Shown piece after piece: positions 57,085-64,000 of a stretch of DNA of 64,000 nucleotides. How positions within the stretch are numbered: the first letter of the stretch is position 1; each line of letters starts with the position of its first letter. Location of the stretch: contig CBDCXM010000009.1 of NCBI GenBank assembly GCA_965223855.1, positions 2,368,001 through 2,432,000 of the forward strand, written 5' to 3'. This DNA is from Candidatus Multivoradales bacterium. GTDB lineage: Bacteria; Acidobacteriota; Thermoanaerobaculia; Multivoradales; JAHEKO01. The notes beneath the pieces are model-generated. The model saw only the letters and a program-made list of their open reading frames with translations, had not been told where the DNA came from and ran no database searches. The position numbers and the translations under genes were made by a program.

Positions 57085-58812
57085 TTGACGACCAGGAGAG
57101 CCTCCTACTTTCACCGAGGCGGCAGCGTGCCCCTCGACGGTCGGACGATCGCCGTCTTCCTCGAAGAAGTGGTGCGGCGCTATCCCGACAACGAGGCGCT
57201 GGTGTCCTGCTGGCAGGGACGGCGACTGACCTACCTCGAGTTGCGCAGCGAGGTCCTGCGTCTGGCGCGCGGTCTCCTGCGGATGGGCGTGGGCAAGGGC
57301 GATCGCGTCGGTGTCTGGGCGACCGACAACATCGAATGGGTGGTGATCCAGCTGGCGACCGCGGTCGTCGGGGCGGTCCTGGTCAACGTCAATCCTGCGT
57401 ACCGGAGCGCGGAGCTCGAGCACGCGCTCGCCGCGGGACGGGTCCAGACACTCTTCCTGATGCCGGCCTTCAGGAAGTCCGAGTACGTGGAGATGGTGCG
57501 GCAGCTGTGCCCGGAGCTCGAGTCGGCGAGACCGGGGGAACTGTCAAACGGGGCGCTGCCGGAGCTTCGCAATGTGGTCGTCTTCGATCCGGTGGATCCG
57601 CAGGCCACCCGGCGCCCTGCGCCGGGCTTCTTCGTATGGGGTGATGTGCTGGAGCTCGGCCTCGGATTGGCACCGGGTGCCCTGGCCGAGCGCAGCGGGC
57701 AGCTCGACTGCGATGATCCGATCAACATCCAGTTCACCTCGGGCACGACCGGGTTTCCGAAACCGGTGGTCCTGACCCACCACAACATCCTCAACAACGG
57801 CTTTCACGTCGCCGAAGCGTTGGCGACTACCGAGGAGGATCGCCTGTGCGTGCCGGTGCCCTTCTACCACTGCTTCGGCATGGTGGTGTCGAACCTCGGC
57901 TGCCTCACGCACGGAGCGGCGCTCGTGATCCCGGAAGCTCACTTCGACGCCGGTGCCATCCTCTCCGCCGTCGAAACGGAACGATGCACGCTCCTGCACG
58001 GTGTGCCGACGATGTTCCTCGCGGAGCTCGAGCACGAGGACTTCGCCGCCTATGACCTGTCGAGCCTGAGGGCCGGCATCATGGCCGGCGCGCCCTGCCC
58101 ACCCGAGCTGATGCGCAGGGTGAGGGAAGAGATAGGGATCACCGACATCCGTATCGGCTACGGACAGACCGAGTGTTCACCGGTCAGTCACTGCACTCTG
58201 GCTGGAGACTCGGTGGAGCGCAGCACGACCACGGTCGGCACCAACCTGCCGCACCAGGAGGTCAAGATCGTCGATCCGGAAACGGGCACCACCGTGCCTC
58301 TCGGCGAGGCAGGGGAGATCTGCTTCCGCGGCTACCACGTCATGCGCGGCTACTACGGCATGCCCGATGCGACCGCCGAGGCGATCGACGTCGCAGGCTG
58401 GCTTCACTCCGGCGATATCGGGGTGATGGACGGGGACGGCTACGTCTCGATCACCGGGAGGATCAAGGAGATGGTGATCCGCGGTGGCGAGAACATCTAC
58501 CCGGCGGAGATCGAGCATTTCCTCTGCCGCCACCCGAAGGTGGCTCAAGCGGCGGTCTTCGGGGTCTCGGACGAGAAGTGGGGCGAGGATCTGGCCGCCT
58601 GGGTGCGCCTCCATCCCGGTGAGACCGCTACCGAGGACGAACTCCGCCAGTTCGTCCGTGAGGGGATGGCGCACTACAAGGTGCCGGCGCTGGTGCGGGT
58701 CGTCGAGGAGTTTCCGATGACCGTGACCGGGAAGGTGCAGAAGTTCCGGATCCGCGAGATCGAGGAGGCTCGGAGAGCGGAGGCGACGCTTCGGGATGAG
58801 GGGTCGCGCTAG
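57085..58812 (+). CDS. AMP-binding fatty acyl-CoA synthetase
   Basis: RBS aaggag + TTG; 'FTSGTTGFPK', 'GYGQTE', 'WLHSGD', 'TGKVQK'. Confidence 0.92.
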   Translation: MTTRRASYFHRGGSVPLDGRTIAVFLEEVVRRYPDNEALVSCWQGRRLTYLELRSEVLRLARGLLRMGVGKGDRVGVWATDNIEWVVIQLATAVVGAVLVNVNPAYRSAELEHALAAGRVQTLFLMPAFRKSEYVEMVRQLCPELESARPGELSNGALPELRNVVVFDPVDPQATRRPAPGFFVWGDVLELGLGLAPGALAERSGQLDCDDPINIQFTSGTTGFPKPVVLTHHNILNNGFHVAEALATTEEDRLCVPVPFYHCFGMVVSNLGCLTHGAALVIPEAHFDAGAILSAVETERCTLLHGVPTMFLAELEHEDFAAYDLSSLRAGIMAGAPCPPELMRRVREEIGITDIRIGYGQTECSPVSHCTLAGDSVERSTTTVGTNLPHQEVKIVDPETGTTVPLGEAGEICFRGYHVMRGYYGMPDATAEAIDVAGWLHSGDIGVMDGDGYVSITGRIKEMVIRGGENIYPAEIEHFLCRHPKVAQAAVFGVSDEKWGEDLAAWVRLHPGETATEDELRQFVREGMAHYKVPALVRVVEEFPMTVTGKVQKFRIREIEEARRAEATLRDEGSR

Positions 58813-59027
58813 CCGCCTCCGGCAGGCGGGGTGTGAATCCCGGGATCCTTGCAGCGCGTGGCAAGGCGCCGTGTCAGCTGCTGCCAGACGTCGGACAAGG
58901 CGTGCTCTTCTCCCGGTCGAGGGTCGAGCAGGGCCAGCCCTGCACACAGTTGGCCACTCTCGGCGAGTGTCGAGGCGAGATTGAGCCTTGCCGCGAGGCG
59001 ATTCGGGTCGAGGTCGAAGGGGTCGCC
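58809..59027 (-). pseudogene. 3' remnant of a TPR-like gene
   Basis: Start-less frame 'FDLDPNRLAARLNLASTLAESGQL..GGG*'. Confidence 0.35.
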
Positions 59028-59028
59028 G

Positions 59029-60492
59029 TTACTGCGACTCGATGCGTTCCAGACGCGCGACCGCTAGCTTGGCCTCGGGGTTGCCCTGCGCGGCCGCGAG
59101 GCGGTACCAGGCGAGTGCGACCCCGAGATTGGCTTCGACGGCGAGGCCGTTTTCATACATCCGGCCGAGGCGGTACTGGGCCTTGGCGTAGCCGGTCCTG
59201 GCCGCCTTCTCGAACAGCTCGCGTGCCGCGGGATAGTCGGACTTCGCGGCGTCGTCGCGCTCGAGGCGCAGGGCGCGGGCGTAGCGGGTTCGTGCCTTGG
59301 TCCGGTCGGGCAGACCGACCTCGGACCAGTTCCGGACCTCCGAGAGTGCGCGCTGGGCCTCGGTCATGACTCGCGCCTCCGGAGGGGAAGCTTCACGAGG
59401 CTCGTCCTCGTCCGCGGCGGCGACCTCCTCCCCGGCAGCTTCCGGTTCGGCAGTCGGAGGCGACGCTGATCGCGAGTAGCGGCGGCCGCAGTCGTCGATC
59501 GCCCCGCCGGCGAGCTTTCGTTCGACGTACTCGCTCAGGGTGCAGTGGGCGACCGAGTCGAGCTCGTTGCGCCGCCCCCAGACCCACTCGCTGGCGGGAG
59601 TGGAGCCGGCCTCCGCCGGTGGGCCGGAAGCGGTCAGAGTCCCGGAGCGGGTGGTCCCGACGGTACGACCCCACTCGTCGTAGTGCAGGTCGGCACCGTC
59701 GGTCGCATTCTCCGGAGGCTCCGCGATCGCCAGCCACTCGTTGATCAGGAGGTTTCTTTCCGCCGGGCTCGTGGTGCCGCCCGCCGCGGCCAGCGGGAGC
59801 GGTGGCGCGTCGGTCGCCTCGTAGACGAAGGTGAAGCGGGGCAGGTTGATGACGAAGATGAGGCTGTCCGGAGGGTGCAGGACGACGGTCTTGCGATCGC
59901 CGCCGTCGCTCTCGACGACGTAGCGCAGGCTGGTCGAACCGTCCGTGGCGGGCTGCGGTGTCCAGGTCGTGTGAACCGCGGCTTCGACCCTCTGGGTCGA
60001 GTCTCCCGCTCCGCACGCCTGCGATGCAGAGGACGAGGCGGCGATCTTGCCCACCTGGTCGGCGGAGCCCTCGAAGACCATCAGATCGACGAAGGCCTGA
60101 ACTTCTACGGTGGCGCCTGCTTCGGCATCTTCGCCCGCTGCGGCGCAGTCCTGGGCGAGCTGCACCGATCCGCTCATCATGAACGGCTCGCCGGGGACGA
60201 TTCGAGCGGGCATCTGGAACTGCCAGCTTTCGCTCGTGCCGCCTTCGCCGCCGCTCGTGAACGTCGCCCCGTCGAGCGGCTGCCAGCCGTCGCCGAAGGC
60301 GCCGGTCAGGACGAGGGCCGGCCGGTCCGGGAGAGTCGTGGCGGCCTGTGCGACCGCGGCCTGCATCCGAACCAGGGCCTCGAAGAGGACCCATGCAGTC
60401 AGGGCCGGGCCCTTCAGCGGGAGACGCCTCCACGCCGCCGTTCGCCGTGCGGCCGCCGTCGGTCTCCGGGAGTCAGTCTCGATGGTGACCAC
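59029..60492 (-). CDS. Exported protein with C-terminal SEL1-like repeats (start uncertain)
   Basis: 'AQYRLGRMYENGLAV..ALAWYRLAAAQGN'. Confidence 0.8.
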   Translation of the reverse strand: MVTIETDSRRPTAAARRTAAWRRLPLKGPALTAWVLFEALVRMQAAVAQAATTLPDRPALVLTGAFGDGWQPLDGATFTSGGEGGTSESWQFQMPARIVPGEPFMMSGSVQLAQDCAAAGEDAEAGATVEVQAFVDLMVFEGSADQVGKIAASSSASQACGAGDSTQRVEAAVHTTWTPQPATDGSTSLRYVVESDGGDRKTVVLHPPDSLIFVINLPRFTFVYEATDAPPLPLAAAGGTTSPAERNLLINEWLAIAEPPENATDGADLHYDEWGRTVGTTRSGTLTASGPPAEAGSTPASEWVWGRRNELDSVAHCTLSEYVERKLAGGAIDDCGRRYSRSASPPTAEPEAAGEEVAAADEDEPREASPPEARVMTEAQRALSEVRNWSEVGLPDRTKARTRYARALRLERDDAAKSDYPAARELFEKAARTGYAKAQYRLGRMYENGLAVEANLGVALAWYRLAAAQGNPEAKLAVARLERIESQ

Positions 60493-60713
60493 GGCAGGCG
60501 TCGCCCGTTCTGGTTCTGAGTGCAGCCACGGGTCGGCAGTATATCCAGCGGTTTCGATGCACCCCGGTGTTCACGGATGGTCACCGCTCGCCAGGCACCC
60601 ATCCGCAGGGGAGGCGGCCCGAGGTCGTGCAACCGGCGAGCATCGTGGCCCGTCGGATCCCGGCAGCTGTCCCGCTCCGGTTCTCCGGGCTGCAGGTGTC
60701 CCTTCGGAGCCCG

Positions 60714-60751
60714 GAAGAAAGAACGGGGTGAGCGCCGAGCGCTCACCCCGT
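60714..60751 (-). terminator. Intrinsic terminator
   Basis: Perfect 13-bp stem acggggtgagcgc/gcgctcaccccgt followed by TCTTTCTTC on the minus strand. Confidence 0.75.
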
Positions 60752-60775
60752 CATCACAGGCTTCCTGCCGGAGAC

Positions 60776-61984
60776 TTATGGCAGGCAGACGCGGTCCTGT
60801 GGTTTGCCGTTGCTGCAGTTGCCCGAGCAGCAGTCGCCGTCGGACAGACAGGAATCGCCGACCACGGTGCAGGAACCGCCGGTGCACGAAGTGGTCTCGA
60901 TCTCGCAGCTGGTCGAGCAGACGAGGAAGCCTCCGGAGAAGCCGAAGTCGCCGCAATCGAGTCCGCCGAAGTCCGATCCGTCGCACTCTTCGACGCCCTC
61001 GCGGACGCCATCGCCGCAGACGGCACCGTTGCCGCCGCTGTTCCAGCCGAGGTCGAGCATCAGCTCCAGGGCGAGGCCCGGATCCTGAATCGGCTGATCG
61101 GCGACGAACGGCTCCATCAGCTCGTCGGGCGTGAGGGTCGTGTCCCAGTGGGAGACCGAAGAGCCCTGTTCGAGCGGATTGGGAGCGTACATGAGCACAT
61201 GCCCGGACGGGTGCACGCCGGCACTGAGGCCGCCTGAAGCGGCCACCACGTTCGCGCCGACCCAGTGGAGGTCGCCGGTGTCGGTGGCGGACTGACGCCG
61301 CCGGTTGTTGTTCATCTGCGGCCAGGTCTGGCCGCGGCTGTGGTCCTCGAGGTTCGTCATGTAGACGTCGTTGCGGTTGAGGAACTTCCCTCCGGTCGAG
61401 TTGTCGACGAAGGTCGAGAAGCCGATGCCGTGACCGATCTCGTGAGCGACCACGTCGACGAGGTCGATGTCGTTGCCGGCGTTGCCGTCGAGACCGAGGT
61501 ACCAGGTCAGGCCGGTGAGGCAGTTGGGATCGTCGTCGTCGATGTCGCTGTTGAAGGTCGCGCCCATGTCGGCGTTGCTCGGGTCCAGATCGACTCCGGC
61601 GAGGCTGTTGGCGAGAGCCTGGTGGTACCAGGTGTTGCTCAACGGCGCGTTGGCGAAATCGCGATGGACCGTGTTGGTTCCCGCGGCTCCGACGACGCCC
61701 GAGGTCGGGCTGCACGAGAGGGGATCGAAGTTGGCGTCGATCAGGATCGTGACGTCGCTGTCGAGAACCGTGCCCCAGATGTCGGCGGCGAACTGGAAGG
61801 CGATCAGGCGTTGCTCTCCGAGTGTCGTGCCCGTGTTGTTTCCGACCGGAGAAACCGGAGTCGGATCGTTGAAGCCTTCTCCGGGACCGTCCTGATTCAC
61901 GACGACGATGTTCGCGCCGAAGGCGGGAGCTGAGGCGACGGCGAGGGCCGTCACGAGACAGAAGAGGCCGGCAGTCCTACTCAT
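60776..61984 (-). CDS. Secreted zinc metalloprotease with Cys-rich C-terminal modules
   Basis: Signal peptide; HEIGHGIGF, 'SHWD..LMEP'; 'CGDGVREGVEECDG', 'CLSDGDCCSGNC'. Confidence 0.85.
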   Translation of the reverse strand: MSRTAGLFCLVTALAVASAPAFGANIVVVNQDGPGEGFNDPTPVSPVGNNTGTTLGEQRLIAFQFAADIWGTVLDSDVTILIDANFDPLSCSPTSGVVGAAGTNTVHRDFANAPLSNTWYHQALANSLAGVDLDPSNADMGATFNSDIDDDDPNCLTGLTWYLGLDGNAGNDIDLVDVVAHEIGHGIGFSTFVDNSTGGKFLNRNDVYMTNLEDHSRGQTWPQMNNNRRRQSATDTGDLHWVGANVVAASGGLSAGVHPSGHVLMYAPNPLEQGSSVSHWDTTLTPDELMEPFVADQPIQDPGLALELMLDLGWNSGGNGAVCGDGVREGVEECDGSDFGGLDCGDFGFSGGFLVCSTSCEIETTSCTGGSCTVVGDSCLSDGDCCSGNCSNGKPQDRVCLP

Positions 61985-62390
61985 GGTCCGGCTCCTCGTT
62001 ACTGTCGAGGTGGGTGATGCAGTCGATGACCAGGGGCTCACCCTGGGAGGAGTCGGCGAAAACCGCAGACCGCATGCGGCCGCGCAGGTTGACCATCACA
62101 CCACTCGCCGGGCTTGCCGTCTCGAAGAGCCCCTCGGACGAGCGACTCAGCAGGTTGCGGGTCCGGGCGTCGAGGGCGATGGTGGAACCACCCGCCACAC
62201 GGCGGCCGGTTCGCGGGTCGAGGGTGATCTGTCTTGCGCTGGAGAACTCGGGCAGCGAGGTCGTGACCTCGCCGGTCTCGGCGGCGGCGGTCGGCTCGGC
62301 CTCGGTCTCCGCCGTCGCGGCGAGGGCCAGGACGGGCAGGACCGACAGGACGAGAGCCGTCGCCAAGGTACGAAGGTACGTTGGGTGCAT
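61977..62390 (-). CDS. Small secreted protein (post-PEP-CTERM-1-like)
   Basis: Signal peptide; 'LDPRTGR', 'LSRSSEGL', 'VNLRGRMRS'; overlaps the protease start. Confidence 0.65.
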   Translation of the reverse strand: MHPTYLRTLATALVLSVLPVLALAATAETEAEPTAAAETGEVTTSLPEFSSARQITLDPRTGRRVAGGSTIALDARTRNLLSRSSEGLFETASPASGVMVNLRGRMRSAVFADSSQGEPLVIDCITHLDSNEEPDHE

Positions 62391-62667
62391 CTACTCCTCC
62401 ATGGAAAGTAGCGAACGAGGGGGCAGCTCGCCAAATGAAATAGTGGGGTGACTATATATCACGATCCCCGGCGAGTCTGTGACCTGAACCACCGATTCAG
62501 GCCTCGGCGTCCGTCGTGGATCGCGAGCTGAAGAGAGGCAGCCGGCGCGAGACCGGAGGTACGGGGGCATCTTCCGCGCCCTTCGGGAGGTACGAGCTCG
62601 TCCTACCCTCCGGGGCGGCCTCAGGCGATAGCCTGAGACAGTAGGCTCGGCGGCGGAGGCCACGAGA

Positions 62668-63195
62668 ATGCAGCTGACCGAGTTTCTGGACACGCTCGAC
62701 GCGCACGGTCGTGCGATGGAGATCGATGCTCTCGTCGCCAGGATGAGAGGGCTCGCACTGCGACGCCAGGACGTCGCCTCGGTAGTCGCCTTCGACGACT
62801 CGTGCTACCGGAGGAACGTCCTTCGCGTCGGCCGGGGCTACGCCGCCCTCGTGCTGTGCTGGCGCTCGGGGCAGGAGAGCCCGATCCACGATCATCGCGG
62901 CTCTGCGTGCGGTGTCTACGTCATCGAGGGCGCCATCACGGAGACCCGGTTCGAACTCGATGCCGACGGGGTTCCCCGCGAGACGACCTCAGGCACGCTC
63001 GGTCAGGGGGAGGTGTGCGGGTCGTTCGACAGTGACATCCACGTCATCCGCAACGCCCAGGCGAGCGGCCGCGATCTGATCACGCTCCACGTCTACACGC
63101 CGCCGATGAGCGGCTACCACATCTACGAGCGCGGCTCCTCGAAGGTCACGCTGCGCCGGGATCTCGAGACGCTGGCGGCACAGGCCGCACTCTAG
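62668..63195 (+). CDS. Cysteine dioxygenase family protein
   Basis: 'YRRN', 'CWRSGQESPIHDHRGSAC', 'IHVI', 'TLHVYTPP'. Confidence 0.88.
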   Translation: MQLTEFLDTLDAHGRAMEIDALVARMRGLALRRQDVASVVAFDDSCYRRNVLRVGRGYAALVLCWRSGQESPIHDHRGSACGVYVIEGAITETRFELDADGVPRETTSGTLGQGEVCGSFDSDIHVIRNAQASGRDLITLHVYTPPMSGYHIYERGSSKVTLRRDLETLAAQAAL

Positions 63196-63295
63196 GGCTT
63201 CCTTCTCCCGCTGCTGGCGCAGGCGACCGCTTCCGGTCTCGCCCGGGGAAAGGGCGACACCGGAAGCGGCGATACCTGGAGCGCGACGTCGAACG

Positions 63296-64000
63296 TCAGG
63301 GGATCGTGTTGCTCCAGACGCTGGTGTCGCCCGACTCGAAGCCGTCGGCGAAGATCTCGGTGTCACCGAGTGCCGCGACCTCCCAGAAACCGCGCCCGTG
63401 AGTCGCGATCTTGAGAGTGTTGCCGGAGGAGCGCGCCATCCCGAAGACGGCGACCACCGGCAGGCCCGTGCCGTAGGGGGTCCAACTGGCGCCGGCGTCG
63501 GTCGAGACGTAGACGCCGATGTCGGTGCCGGCGTAGATCGTGTCCGTGTCGTCGGGTTCGATCAGCACTACGTTGACCGGCACCTGGGGCAACCCCCCCG
63601 AAGCATCGGTCCAGATCGGCGGGCCGCCGTCGAGGTTCTCGGTCTTCCAGACGCTGGAGACGCCGAACGCCGACAGCGAGAGGAAGGCGGTGTTCGAGTC
63701 GGTCGGGTCGATCGCCACCCGCGCCACCGGCACGTCGGGGATGGTGTTCGACGGGTCGAGGTTGGTGAGTGTCGACGATCCGGTCGTCGTGCCCCAGACG
63801 CCACCGTTGGTCTGTCCGACCACTCTCACGTCATCGTCCTGTGGAGCGATCCCGATCGCGGTGATGGCGACTCCGCTGGTGATCGGGTTCTGGCTGACGA
63901 CGGTGTGGTTGACGCCCAGATTGTCGGAGCGGTAGAGCCGGTCCGAGGCGTAGTAGATCGTGTTCGGGTTGCCGGGGCCGCGCTCGAGCGGCGCGTAGAA
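63296..64000 (-). CDS. BNR/Asp-box (sortilin-like) exported protein with IFADGFESGD tail (5' end off window)
   Basis: 'GTDIGVYVSTDAGASW', 'ATHGRGFW'; ends 'IFADGFESGDTSVWSNTIP'. Confidence 0.85.
   Translation of the reverse strand, partial: FYAPLERGPGNPNTIYYASDRLYRSDNLGVNHTVVSQNPITSGVAITAIGIAPQDDDVRVVGQTNGGVWGTTTGSSTLTNLDPSNTIPDVPVARVAIDPTDSNTAFLSLSAFGVSSVWKTENLDGGPPIWTDASGGLPQVPVNVVLIEPDDTDTIYAGTDIGVYVSTDAGASWTPYGTGLPVVAVFGMARSSGNTLKIATHGRGFWEVAALGDTEIFADGFESGDTSVWSNTIP

Noticed and set aside
62495-62640. Possible SAM riboswitch upstream of the cysteine dioxygenase (hairpins, ggaggtacg x2)
   Set aside because: SAM-I core motifs are missing; hairpins are expected at this GC content
1-64000. 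Many long overlapping or antisense ORFs (e.g. 16269-18239+, 54539-56761+, 6459-8024+, 22958-24499-)
   Set aside because: Shadow ORFs of high-GC genes; Arg/Pro/Gly-rich or antisense-like, with no family motifs
1-64000. CRISPR arrays, tRNA/rRNA, transposases, integrases
   Set aside because: No regularly spaced repeats, cloverleafs or DDE/recombinase motifs seen by eye

Overview
High-GC, gene-dense bacterial DNA with about 54 CDS and no rRNA, tRNA, CRISPR array, transposase or phage genes. C-terminal 'F[AS]DGFESGD' proteins and CadC-like wHTH-TPR regulators suggest Acidobacteriota (Thermoanaerobaculia-like); this is an inference. Most genes encode exported hydrolases or envelope proteins. Main points of interest: (1) a translationally coupled operon of an OM beta-barrel, a TPR-TM-STAND-like ATPase and an ATPase-Ser/Thr kinase (48025-53640) that looks like a trans-envelope signalling system; (2) a WD40 lipoprotein, an exported WD40-caspase, a micro-ORF and a stand-alone Ntox4-like nuclease toxin without immunity gene (25979-33343); (3) a 144-nt rod-shaped, 6S-like RNA (37754-37897, minus); (4) a 185-bp CTAG-flanked palindromic MITE-like element (9967-10151); (5) a candidate operator for a CGNR/ABATE protein overlapping a sigma70 promoter; (6) an arsI-sigZ pair; (7) a carbamoylation/glycosylation cluster. 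All family assignments come from motif recognition by eye, with no database search.
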